Source of the DNA: an uncultured Phycisphaerales bacterium
GTDB lineage: Bacteria; Planctomycetota; Phycisphaerae; WQYP01
Assembly (NCBI GenBank): GCA_963766775.1
Contig: CAVYBP010000002.1
Coordinates: 406,910 to 470,909, forward strand
Direction: 5' to 3'
Length of the DNA: 64,000 bases
Numbering within the stretch: position 1 is the stretch's first letter; the number at the start of each line of letters is the position of its first letter. The notes under the pieces were generated by a model, which saw nothing but the letters and a program-made list of their open reading frames with translations, made no database searches and was not told the origin of the DNA. Below, piece after piece: positions 48,140 to 57,100 of the stretch. A program made the translations under genes and the position numbers.

Positions 48140-49588
48140 TCAGGGACGGGAGAATGATTCGGTCGAGCCGTCCGAGTACGTGACGTTGACGGTGATGCTC
48201 CGGATAGTCTTGACGGATGGAGCGACAGGTGCGGCTGGCGTCGGCGTAGCGGGCACGACGGCTCCCACTGGCGTCAAGGTCAGGTCGCGGAAGTTGCATT
48301 GAGTGCCCGGCACGGTCGCGATGCGGAGCGTTGATAGTCCGGTGGGGAGGGCAATGCGGTAGGTCCACGATACGTATCGTTGCCAGTCTCCACTAGCAGG
48401 GGTGGAACTGGTTGCGACGGATTGCCCGTTGACCGAAATGATGCTCGTTACGGCTGAGATAGACCCGATGGGAATGACCAGATTGTACGCTCCATCTGCG
48501 ATAACGCTGACGGCGAAATCGACATAAGCCCCCTTGGGATCGACAAAGCCAAGGTTGGGGATACCTGACGGTCCAGACTCAATCCGCATCCCCGTGGGGA
48601 TGCCGCTGACAACGGGCACGGTTGTGGGAGTGGTTGGGGAGATTGCGATGGTCATGGTGGGCTCCTGGGGGGTCATGGAGGGGGTTAACGGCGCTGTAGT
48701 GGTCGTCGTGGAGGTGGCTGGCGGCGGTGACTGTTGAACATAGGCCGCCAGCAATCGCTTCCTAACCGGAAACGATCCTGTCTGCGCGCCGTTGAAGATC
48801 GCAGGGTTGGCAACAGTCGATGGAGATGTGGGCGAAATATCAATCGAGCCGGCCCACGGGTTTCGCATGAGGAGGTTGCCCGCGGCGTCCGACGCACGGA
48901 CCGCGTAAAAATGATCCTGAACCCACGGCGATGGGGCCGTGGGCGTGGTCATAAGAGAAACCACGGACCCCGCATTCATCGCGGCAATGATGGCGGATGA
49001 GGCGACCACCGTGCCGCCGACATCCAATCCGAACGCCGCCAGCGCCGACACGACGTTTCCGAGGTTCAACTGGTAGTAATCGCTGATCCCATTGCGGAAA
49101 AACGCATACACCTTCTCCAGCAACTCCACCCGAATATCCCCATTGACTGGTTTGTCGTAATCGGTGGAGACGACGAGCGATGTGGTAATCTGAATAATCA
49201 GCCCGTTCGACCACAATTGAACGACCACCTTCCCGTCACCGATGGGCACAATCAGGTCGTCAAAATAAGACGGGTCGCGAAACAGAATCAGCAGAATTGC
49301 GACCAACAGCCAACAATCGCCCAGCACGTTCTGATTGACGGCGGCGGGGTCGATGGGGCCTGTTAAGATCGTCCCGACCGTCGTATCCCCTGCATGGTCA
49401 ATAGTCGTCTGCGTTTCCGTCTTGATCGGCGGTGGTGCGTCTCCGGCAGAGATCACGCGTACCGACTCGATGTTCGTACGCTTCACCCCATTGATTGCCT
49501 TATACCGATCCCGCTTCATTAGCGGTCGGGTATCGACGGCGATCATGCCGTTGAAGTGGGCTTCAAGTTTTGCGGGCATGGTTTTCAT
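48140..49588 (-). CDS. calpain-like (peptidase C2) cysteine protease with C-terminal carbohydrate-binding-like beta domain
   Basis: QNVLGDCWLLVA (Cys), ELLEKVYAFF, DHFYAV (His) and LLMRNPWAGS (Asn) occur in calpain order. The start is chosen at ATG 49588, 1 nt after the upstream stop. Confidence 0.75.
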   Translation of the reverse strand: MKTMPAKLEAHFNGMIAVDTRPLMKRDRYKAINGVKRTNIESVRVISAGDAPPPIKTETQTTIDHAGDTTVGTILTGPIDPAAVNQNVLGDCWLLVAILLILFRDPSYFDDLIVPIGDGKVVVQLWSNGLIIQITTSLVVSTDYDKPVNGDIRVELLEKVYAFFRNGISDYYQLNLGNVVSALAAFGLDVGGTVVASSAIIAAMNAGSVVSLMTTPTAPSPWVQDHFYAVRASDAAGNLLMRNPWAGSIDISPTSPSTVANPAIFNGAQTGSFPVRKRLLAAYVQQSPPPATSTTTTTAPLTPSMTPQEPTMTIAISPTTPTTVPVVSGIPTGMRIESGPSGIPNLGFVDPKGAYVDFAVSVIADGAYNLVIPIGSISAVTSIISVNGQSVATSSTPASGDWQRYVSWTYRIALPTGLSTLRIATVPGTQCNFRDLTLTPVGAVVPATPTPAAPVAPSVKTIRSITVNVTYSDGSTESFSRP

Positions 49589-49589
49589 T

Positions 49590-50366
49590 TCAGGATGGCC
49601 CCGATTTACAGTGATATGGACGGCTCTGAAATCTCTTGGTCGTGCGCCCACACCAGTTAGCCCCGAGTTCTGCTGGCTCACTTTCCAGGTGGACGACAAC
49701 GATCTCCGGCAAAAGCTCGCGATTACGGCGGTCCCACTGGAGGGCGAATTGAACATCGGATCGGCACGCGTCCCCGTGGCTGATCGGATACGTGCGGTGC
49801 CTGCGCCCGCGCCATTCATCCGCTGAACCGTGCCAGAGCTGGAAGAATCCAATCGGGACGTATCCGCTGGCCGAGAGTGCCCAGCGCGTTCCGATGTCGA
49901 TGCCCATTGGCATGTTGACGCTGCAATGAGTGTGGCCGAGAAATCCGCTGGCTTTTACCGCCTGCCATTGCTCCCATGACCGGACCATCATCCGATCACA
50001 TCCGTACAGATTGTTGGGGTTTAGATGAGCCCCCTCGATCATGCGGCGGAACTGATGCGGCAAAACAATGTCGCCGTCGAGGTGTAGACGCCACGAATCT
50101 GAGGAGAGCATGGAGAGCCCGCGATCTACCATCCGGCCTTTGTTGAACGCCCCTCCATCCATGCCGCCGGCGGCGCGGCGATGATCGTTGCTGAGAACCG
50201 TTTCAAGATCGTGAACACGGCAGATTTCCCGCGTCTCTTCATCGTCCTCGGTCGTTACGATGATCCACCGGTCGAGGAGGCCGGCGTTGTAGCTCGCAGT
50301 CTCCGCGAGAAAGTCCGCATATCCGACGCACACCGTCACGGCCTCAAGTCTTTGAATGGAACGCAT
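49590..50366 (-). CDS. putative GT-A-fold glycosyltransferase
   Basis: VTVCVGYADFL....WIIVTTEDDEET...FNKGRMVDRGL...WRLHLDGDIVLP has a DxD-like motif. This is a motif-level call only. Confidence 0.5.
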   Translation of the reverse strand: MRSIQRLEAVTVCVGYADFLAETASYNAGLLDRWIIVTTEDDEETREICRVHDLETVLSNDHRRAAGGMDGGAFNKGRMVDRGLSMLSSDSWRLHLDGDIVLPHQFRRMIEGAHLNPNNLYGCDRMMVRSWEQWQAVKASGFLGHTHCSVNMPMGIDIGTRWALSASGYVPIGFFQLWHGSADEWRGRRHRTYPISHGDACRSDVQFALQWDRRNRELLPEIVVVHLESEPAELGANWCGRTTKRFQSRPYHCKSGPS

Positions 50367-50378
50367 GGTATCTCCGGA

Positions 50379-50981
50379 CTAAACATGGATGATGGATGAA
50401 TGAGGCTGCCAACGGGGTACGTGCGTGTCTCTACGAGTTCGCGGTGCGCCAGCGCTGGCAGCGACGGAGGGCATCGCCGCTGACACGTATGCGACGATGC
50501 GCACTCTGATCGATGCGAGCCCCTGAATCGAACAATGGTCAACGCCTGGACCGTCACAATTAACATTGAGATAAACGTCAGACGCATTGTGGATTCCCGC
50601 GCTATGCGGTACCGAATTAACATTGAAGGCGACTGCACCGGAGATATTCGATGGGATGTGCCACGGCTCGCCATAGAACTGACCGAACCAAAAGCGGGGA
50701 ACGCCGGCGATGATGAACAATTGTTGAATGATCGGCTTTGTCGAAAGCACATACATCGCGTGCCACAGTGCGGCCTGACCATACGAATAGGTCACAACCA
50801 CGTCGTGGCCGGGGATGTCAGTCGGGTCAAGGGTGTCCCATTGTCGGCGGGTGACTGGAGACGGCAGGATTAAATCGAGAGCATCGGCGATATCCCAAAT
50901 GCCCGACCCGTCGCCAACCTTCTCGTTGAATCCGCTGACAATTAAAACTTTCATAATCGGTCCTTTGCTGAGGGTTGTCAC
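50379..50981 (-). CDS. hypothetical alpha/beta-fold-like protein
   Basis: MKVLIVSGFN...VVVTYSYGQAALW is a GxSxG-like nucleophile elbow with the first G replaced. The C-terminal 50 aa look out of frame. Confidence 0.35.
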   Translation of the reverse strand: MTTLSKGPIMKVLIVSGFNEKVGDGSGIWDIADALDLILPSPVTRRQWDTLDPTDIPGHDVVVTYSYGQAALWHAMYVLSTKPIIQQLFIIAGVPRFWFGQFYGEPWHIPSNISGAVAFNVNSVPHSAGIHNASDVYLNVNCDGPGVDHCSIQGLASIRVRIVAYVSAAMPSVAASAGAPRTRRDTHVPRWQPHSSIIHV

Positions 50982-51031
50982 GAACGGGCCGACGTTGCCA
51001 TCGGCCCGTGATGTGAGAATCGTCAGAGCCT

Positions 51032-51460
51032 TTACTTGGGCGAACTATTGCCCGCGATAGCCGCCTGCGCGGTCGCATGCGCCGCCTGATTTGATTTGTG
51101 CATGAACAGCCCAAAGAGTCCGGCAATGAGTGGCGTGGCAAAAGCGGTGATAAAGCTCGCCAATGCGAGGTATGGGCTTGCCGGCGTTGGCACCACACTG
51201 GCCGCCGCGGTCGCCTGCGAGATTGCATTGCCGGTGGCCTGGACCACGGCGGCGGGGTCCCCGGTGGCCTGCGCCTGCTGAATGCCGGAGATACTTGCGT
51301 TAAGTCCAGGCATCGCTGAGTTAATCGTGTTCACAGCCTGCACCACGGCGGTGGGGATTTTCACCTGAGGCGGTGACGGGGCGGTGGTCTGTGCCATCGT
51401 GGGTGCGGCTGCAATAAAAAATAGCGATAGGATGAGAGGCAAAACGGTTCGGAGTTTCAT
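51032..51460 (-). CDS. secreted/membrane-anchored Ala-rich protein
   Basis: The ATG at 51460 follows aagga. It has a signal peptide (MKLRTVLPLILSLFFIAAAPTMAQ) and a C-terminal TM (LASFITAFATPLIAGLFGLF). Confidence 0.5.
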   Translation of the reverse strand: MKLRTVLPLILSLFFIAAAPTMAQTTAPSPPQVKIPTAVVQAVNTINSAMPGLNASISGIQQAQATGDPAAVVQATGNAISQATAAASVVPTPASPYLALASFITAFATPLIAGLFGLFMHKSNQAAHATAQAAIAGNSSPK

Positions 51461-51521
51461 GTGGATTCCTTTTCTGTGGGTCTTTTCAAGTTCTCGGAAA
51501 ACATTCCCGAGACGTTTGAAT

Positions 51522-51791
51522 TCATTGCCTTCGATGGTTGCTAAAAGCCCGCATCGTTTCCTGGTGCCGATCTGCGGAAATTTCATTTTGCATCCGCATC
51601 GATTCATTCAAAATCTTGCTCGATTCCGCAAGTTGCCGGATACCATTCATCACTACATCCTCGGATGAGTTATTGGTCGGGCGCTTCCACAACCGGTCCC
51701 CAACCAGCACTATCACGCTGACGAGAGAAGCAAATGACATCCACCATGTGGTGTCCGGTCCAGCGGCATCTGCAATCGCTTGTATGAGCAT
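51522..51791 (-). CDS. small single-TM protein (holin-like by size and topology only)
   Basis: The TM is WWMSFASLVSVIVLVG, followed by a charged tail. Confidence 0.4.
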   Translation of the reverse strand: MLIQAIADAAGPDTTWWMSFASLVSVIVLVGDRLWKRPTNNSSEDVVMNGIRQLAESSKILNESMRMQNEISADRHQETMRAFSNHRRQ

Positions 51792-51871
51792 TTTTTACAT
51801 CCCATGATGGCCCGCGATATGTTGTCGGACTTCAACATAGCCTCTATTTCAATCGCTGTGGGGCCATTCGG

Positions 51872-52183
51872 TTACAAACCCATTACATGAGGTCCGTATA
51901 TTTCGTCCCAATACTTCTCCCCACTCGCGCGTGCCTCCATCCATGACCGTGTGGACACACACGCGACCCGGCCATAATTGGTTGAGTTCGTCACGAATAT
52001 CTCAAAGCCCAACTCTCGCAACTGCTCAATTAAATTGTGGGCCTGAATCTGAGTTTGGAGGCGAAGGTCGGAAACGATGGTTGAGAGTGGAACCCGATGC
52101 GGATAAGACGGCAGGCATAGCAGTAATTCCATCGGCAGACTGAATTTTGGATGTATTGAATCCGAATGCGTGAAGACGGGCAT
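51872..52183 (-). CDS. hypothetical protein
   Basis: The 103-aa ORF's stop lies inside the 22-nt repeat at 51868-51889. Confidence 0.4.
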   Translation of the reverse strand: MPVFTHSDSIHPKFSLPMELLLCLPSYPHRVPLSTIVSDLRLQTQIQAHNLIEQLRELGFEIFVTNSTNYGRVACVSTRSWMEARASGEKYWDEIYGPHVMGL

Positions 52184-52243
52184 GCGATCTCCAGAAGTGA
52201 GTAGTGTGACTCAACATTAACGCAAGCCCCGCCGAACCGTTCT

Positions 52244-52462
52244 CTACTTTTCGTTATTTGTCACTAATGGCACTAATTGTCGCGCAGTCGTCAGCCTTGT
52301 GACGCTGGCGGGGTTGATTCGCCACTTCCGCCGCTTCCCGCCCGGATTGGTGTCATAGCACTCGAAAACGCGATCTTTACATCGACGGCCTACCGTCCGT
52401 TCGCTCACTTCAATTGCCGCGGCCACTGCCTTAGCGTCCCACCATTTGCTTCGATCATCCAC
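52244..52462 (-). CDS. excisionase/AlpA-like HTH DNA-binding protein
   Basis: WWDAKAVAAAIEVSERTVGRRCKD is an HTH. The protein has 72 aa. Confidence 0.5.
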   Translation of the reverse strand: MDDRSKWWDAKAVAAAIEVSERTVGRRCKDRVFECYDTNPGGKRRKWRINPASVTRLTTARQLVPLVTNNEK

Positions 52463-52655
52463 GGTTGATCTCCTTTCAACTGGCCTCCATGCCCCGAGTG
52501 TGCAGCGAACGTCTAAGACGATTTAATTTGCGGGAAAACACGTTGATGGTGCGTACGGTCTGGAGCCTTAACGCCCCGAGGATTTACATACCCATACCCC
52601 CTGACGATATGTCGTACATGAACGATCTGTTTCCGTTGCGGTTCGCCGCTCGTTT

Positions 52656-53003
52656 GCGCCTGATGCGCCTGATGTGCGCCATATAAGAAAATTAAAGTCA
52701 AAATAAACACAGACACCTCAATTCCCTCTGTTGAATTCACCTTAAATATCTACTACATGACACATCAGGCGCATCAGGCGCATCAGGCGCAAAACCGCGT
52801 TATTGACCACGAAAACGCTGCGCCTGATGCGCTATTCAACATGCTAAAAACACCTTCATCAGGCGCAAAATGCTCCCGAACTATGCCGCCTCGTTCATTT
52901 GGGCAGAGAGAGTTGTTCATGATTGCGGTCATGTCTTGTCCCACCATTGGTTTTGCGCCTGATGCGAGTCGGTTTGCGCCTGATTGCCGTTTTCATCAGG
53001 CGC
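52656..53003. repeat. iteron array flanking an AT-rich segment: putative phage replication origin
   Basis: GCGCCTGATG occurs at 52656, 52665, 52820, 52955 and 52976 (a variant ending TT). Its complement CATCAGGCG(C) occurs at 52763, 52772, 52781, 52857 and 52994. The AT-rich stretch is 52681-52760. Confidence 0.65.
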
Positions 53004-54959
53004 AACTGCTGAATCCGGATTTTCGCTGAAGAGGTATAACTTTATGTCGCGGCGGTTCACCTCGTCACATTCGGTGTAGCGGGTGATGTAGATGCCGTCG
53101 ATTACCAACGAATCCATCTTGCGATCTGGCGTCGATACTCCCAACTTTGTAAAGCATTGGCCTATGCGGCGTCCCATAGATTGGAAGATGTTTCTTTTGA
53201 TTGTTTCGTCGTTGGTGTCGGCACCGTCAACCAATCCAGGAATTTCCACATTGCCGTTTTGTTCAAGAATATTGAAGAGGTCATAGACCCTTGATACACG
53301 CTCCATCCTCCCGGCGGCTTTGACCGCTAACGCCACGTCCCTCAACCAATTGAGCGCGGGGGTTGTCATACGAGCCTGCGTTTCTTTGTGGCCGTCGAGC
53401 AGTGGGGCTTGACCGAGTAGCTCCACAACGATCCAGTCCAGTGACCGCGCCCACGCGCGGAAGTCATGACGGTTCTCGTTGCTGCGAGGCTTCCCACGAT
53501 AGAGCCAAGTCGCGATTACTGTAAAAACAGCACCCAAAAAAAGTGGCTGGTTCGCGCGGATATGGTCGAGAATTTCCCCCTCGGGATAGACAGAATATTG
53601 GAACCCATCGGCCTGTTTCATGATGCGAACGCTGGACGATCTGTTTCCCAAATCGACAGTCAAATCCGCCTTGTTGCTGGTCATTTGGATGGCGATGCGG
53701 TGCGGCTCGATATCCATATTTCCAGAGTATGGGATACGGCACGTGTAGGAATCTTCGGTCATGAAACTTTCAAGTGCTGGCGAATCAATTGTGCCGCGGA
53801 TGTTGTCGAGGGAAATAAAGCTGTATCCCTTCACGACTTTTGAATCAAACTTTTCTTCCAAGCTACCAACGCCTCCACGTTGCCCTCGCGGTGCAACAGC
53901 CTGCGGTGTTGTGCGATAAATCGCGGTAGTGAGTTTGTTTCGATAACCTTTCCCAGACTGCGACTTGTCAGCTTCACCCAAATCAATCGGGGCGCGTCCA
54001 CCGAGTAGACCGCCTTGAATAAGTGCCGGCGTAAGCAGGGCTGCAAACGCACGCGAGCGGTCGGATGGCGTTGCGAAATTGAAGTCCTTCAACACAAGCT
54101 CCAACACTGCCTTTGCCTCGGCGAGTTTCATTCGCACGGTTGGTTTGCCGAACGCTTTGATGCCAGATTCGCGGTCGTATGATGAAACCTCGTGAATTTT
54201 TCCGCTGCGTTCAATCAATACGGGGCAGTTGCTCAAAAGCGTGATTTTTGGCAGTTGATCACGGAACACAGTGGCGGCTGCGATTACTTTAGCTGTAGCC
54301 TCGGTGCATACCGCATTCACTAGATTGCCTTCCTTGTCATATTTCTTGAGGCTCGATACTTTCTCAAATTCAGTGACGAGCGTGGCGCTCGTGATTGGTT
54401 TGATGATCTTGTTATCTTTGGCCTCGGCATCATCCTCATCGGCGACTGTTACCAATACCCCGCCCCGCACGTAGTACCCGCCGAGATTGTCTAGAAGTCC
54501 CGCCAGCGTCGCGGCGGCCGTCGACACGGTGCTTGCTGTACCTGGAAGCATCACAACGGGCAATTCGGAAAAATCTCCTGTGGGCATAGTGCTGCCGCTG
54601 AATTCCCCTTCGTTGGGATTAAATCCGGCCAAACTTTCCGAAGCGATGGGCGCAACGGAAGGATTTATTGATAGCTTTTCATGGTCTCGCATCGCATCAT
54701 CGACCATGCTCTTTATGTCTGCGGCGCTGTAGGCGTCAAACTCTCTCACCATTGTGTTGATAAATCGCGTCCGGTCCTGGGCGTCGTCGGGGTCGAGGTT
54801 GTCGGAATATATTTTTGTGTTCGTGGCGACTTCATGGAATATCATTTTTCCACGGCGAGCGTGACGACGGCGCGGTGGTTTGTATTCCGCCTTAATCAGC
54901 CCATCGTCTGATGCGCCTACACCCTCAATGCACGGTTGCTCCTCGTAACTCATTCGCAT
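52929..54959 (-). CDS. replication-associated protein, SF3-helicase-like (non-canonical P-loop)
   Basis: It follows the primase-polymerase gene. GEADKSQSGKGY may be a P-loop. FISLDNIRGTIDSPALESFMTEDSYTCRIPYSG...QMTSNK resembles the post-Walker-B region of P4/D5-type helicases. The start may be ATG 54953. Confidence 0.5.
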   Translation of the reverse strand: MRMSYEEQPCIEGVGASDDGLIKAEYKPPRRRHARRGKMIFHEVATNTKIYSDNLDPDDAQDRTRFINTMVREFDAYSAADIKSMVDDAMRDHEKLSINPSVAPIASESLAGFNPNEGEFSGSTMPTGDFSELPVVMLPGTASTVSTAAATLAGLLDNLGGYYVRGGVLVTVADEDDAEAKDNKIIKPITSATLVTEFEKVSSLKKYDKEGNLVNAVCTEATAKVIAAATVFRDQLPKITLLSNCPVLIERSGKIHEVSSYDRESGIKAFGKPTVRMKLAEAKAVLELVLKDFNFATPSDRSRAFAALLTPALIQGGLLGGRAPIDLGEADKSQSGKGYRNKLTTAIYRTTPQAVAPRGQRGGVGSLEEKFDSKVVKGYSFISLDNIRGTIDSPALESFMTEDSYTCRIPYSGNMDIEPHRIAIQMTSNKADLTVDLGNRSSSVRIMKQADGFQYSVYPEGEILDHIRANQPLFLGAVFTVIATWLYRGKPRSNENRHDFRAWARSLDWIVVELLGQAPLLDGHKETQARMTTPALNWLRDVALAVKAAGRMERVSRVYDLFNILEQNGNVEIPGLVDGADTNDETIKRNIFQSMGRRIGQCFTKLGVSTPDRKMDSLVIDGIYITRYTECDEVNRRDIKLYLFSENPDSAVAPDENGNQAQTDSHQAQNQWWDKT

Positions 54960-55934
54960 TCTTTCTTCTGTGATACGTTTGTCGCTGGGCGAAGGTATCC
55001 AACTAACCGTGATGGGCGCGGGGTATAAAAGTCCCGCCCCGCTTCCAAAGCCTTACCAATCGTGGCGGATCGGTAATCGGCGCGGTGAATCCACTTTTCA
55101 TCGCACAATGCGCGTAGCGCGGAAGATGCGGTCGATGCGGTCGGGGTCTGGTCCAGCCCAAAAAGCGATCATCGAACACAAGGCGAGGTCGGCTTCGCTG
55201 CCGGACGCATGGCCGGCGACGGCCCCATCGTAAAACAGTCGGCGGAACTTCATGCCATTGCTGGCGGTGCCGGCGCGGCGGATGATTTCGTTGTCGCTGA
55301 AATTGGCGGTGGTGCCGGTAGGACGCATGCGCGGCGGCATGGGCGGCGGTGGCGGGAACGTCTCATTGAAGAACGCCAGTAACTCTGCCTGACGCTCTGC
55401 GATGCCTGTCGGCGTCCCCGCCAAGAGCGTGCCCGTGACGGTGAAGAAACGTGCGCGGTCGTATAGTTCGATATTGCCCTTCCGACAGCGGCACTTTCCT
55501 TCATTCACACGCGGGAGCTTGCCGCGAATGAACATTTTCACGCCGCGGCCACTCGGCGAGATTTCAGCGCGGGTGTTGAACCGTGCGATGATCGGCGCGG
55601 CCCACGGCAGCGGGGCTTTGTTTTCGTCAAGAGAATCGTCAAGGTCGATGCCGCAATAAGGATCCTCAATTTCGATGCGGCGGATGAATTCACCCGTTTT
55701 CCCGTCGATGATATTGTGAGGCTTGCTGAACACGTACCCGATGCCATCGTAGCCGCCGACGAATTTTGCCAATTCCGCCTCGGCGAAAGTCCGCCATGTT
55801 GATGGATCGGTCGTGCTGGCTGCGCGGCCCGTGATCGGGTCGAAAAGAACCTTGGTCTTTTTCCCGTGGCGCACGAGCATCCGCCACACGACCCATTGAG
55901 GTATAAATTTCAATTCATCCGGTACGTCGATCAT
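54950..55934 (-). pseudogene. primase-polymerase with PriCT-2-like C-terminus, 1-nt indel near 55115
   Basis: IPQWVVWR...YCGIDLD...ISPSGRGVKMF are prim-pol motifs. SEADLALCSMIAFWAGPDPDRIDRIFRA continues in the +1 frame as ALCDEKWIHRADYRSATIGKAL, ending in a TGA that overlaps the ATG at 54953. Confidence 0.7.
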
Positions 55935-55949
55935 CCGTGAGAGTCCAAG

Positions 55950-56345
55950 TCAATCCGATTCCGTTCGGCGGTTTGAGAAATGGGATTTATAGCCGCCATC
56001 CTGATTTATCAACGCCTCAAGTTCCGCAATCTTTAGACGGGCTGCGACGAGGGCTTTTATGTACAGGGGTATGGCTGTCCTCGCGCGAGTGAGGAGCTTG
56101 GCGGTGGCTACTCGTCGCGGTGATACACCGGCGTGTTCCTCGCTGATGTTGTACCCGTCGTCGTCATGCGGCCCATCCTTGGCGTAAACTCGATTGGCAA
56201 AAACAACAGTTTCGTGCGTATGCTCAAGAATCTCATAAAACGGCCTTCCGTCATGGCCGACACCCACAAGCCACGGTCCTGGCAATGCTGAATTGCAAAG
56301 CGATTTGTCTGCCTCAATTTGTTCCAGCGATAATATCTCAGTCAT
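55950..56345 (-). CDS. hypothetical early protein
   Basis: The 131-aa ORF is co-oriented and packed with its neighbours. It has ALPGPW and a C-terminal coiled-coil-like segment. Confidence 0.45.
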   Translation of the reverse strand: MTEILSLEQIEADKSLCNSALPGPWLVGVGHDGRPFYEILEHTHETVVFANRVYAKDGPHDDDGYNISEEHAGVSPRRVATAKLLTRARTAIPLYIKALVAARLKIAELEALINQDGGYKSHFSNRRTESD

Positions 56346-56535
56346 TGCTGTACTCCTGGATCAAAAACCAATCTGATTTGATCCCGCCGTTCATAATTTC
56401 AAACCACGCTCCGGCAAGCTGCCAAGTCAATCGAATCGAACGTAGCCGCCCTCCGTACCGCTTGCGAAAATACACAACGTTGTGATGCCCTTGCGTGAGT
56501 ACCATCCAGATTTGAAACCACACTTTTCGCATCAC
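56338..56535 (-). CDS. hypothetical small protein
   Basis: The 65-aa ORF overlaps the downstream gene by 8 nt. Confidence 0.35.
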   Translation of the reverse strand: MMRKVWFQIWMVLTQGHHNVVYFRKRYGGRLRSIRLTWQLAGAWFEIMNGGIKSDWFLIQEYSND

Positions 56536-56601
56536 GAATCCTCAAAAATCCCGGCGTCCGCGAGCGTTTAAGGCTGGTCCCTGGGGTTCACGATCCGCCA
56601 T

Positions 56602-56829
56602 TCATTGTGGATCTTCATACGCCTTTGGCACTTGTGCCCAACCGCCGTTGGCGTCGTCGTCAACCTGCGCGAATCCGCGGCGGTGTCGATCTGCTGATTG
56701 CCGCCTCGTCGGGATCAAGTCCGCCGTGGCGATGATCGTTCCGCACCGCTGGCAAGTATTCTTGGTGACTGCGAAAAAATCACAGTACGGGCATAATTTT
56801 TGAGAGGTTTCCATGATCGTAGTTTTCAC
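56602..56829 (-). CDS. Zn-ribbon small protein
   Basis: It contains CPYC...CQRC. Confidence 0.4.
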   Translation of the reverse strand: MKTTIMETSQKLCPYCDFFAVTKNTCQRCGTIIATADLIPTRRQSADRHRRGFAQVDDDANGGWAQVPKAYEDPQ

Positions 56830-57077
56830 GTGCCCGTAACCCCGTTGTAGGATGAGGATGATGATGACGAGCTACTCAATTGAGCTTCCTTCTCCACCCT
56901 CATCGCGTCGGCAATCTTGTAAGAAAGTCTTGTCAAATATTCGGGGTGTATGACGCGAGCCCCGATAAGCGCAATCATGGCCGATTCGGCGATCCGATCC
57001 CGGTCCGAGAGTGGTGGAATGAAATGGTCCCCGGCGTTGTTTCGGGCGTCAATTTCCGCATCTTTCATCCTGCTCAT
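56826..57077 (-). CDS. hypothetical small protein with Ser9 run
   Basis: The sequence is MSRMKDAEIDARNN...EAQLSSSSSSSSSYNG. The start is chosen at the internal ATG. Confidence 0.4.
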   Translation of the reverse strand: MSRMKDAEIDARNNAGDHFIPPLSDRDRIAESAMIALIGARVIHPEYLTRLSYKIADAMRVEKEAQLSSSSSSSSSYNGVTGT

Positions 57078-57100
57078 TTGAGTAACTCCAAAAAAAATAG

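Noticed and set aside
52656-53003. Possible CRISPR array
   Set aside because: The repeats are only about 10 nt long, occur in both orientations, have irregular spacing and in places are directly abutting. No cas genes are present.
52513-53029. ORFs 52757..53029 (MTHQAHQAHQAQ...), 52513..52740 and 52465..52686
   Set aside because: Their peculiar sequences are simply translations of the iterons and the AT-rich core of the putative origin.
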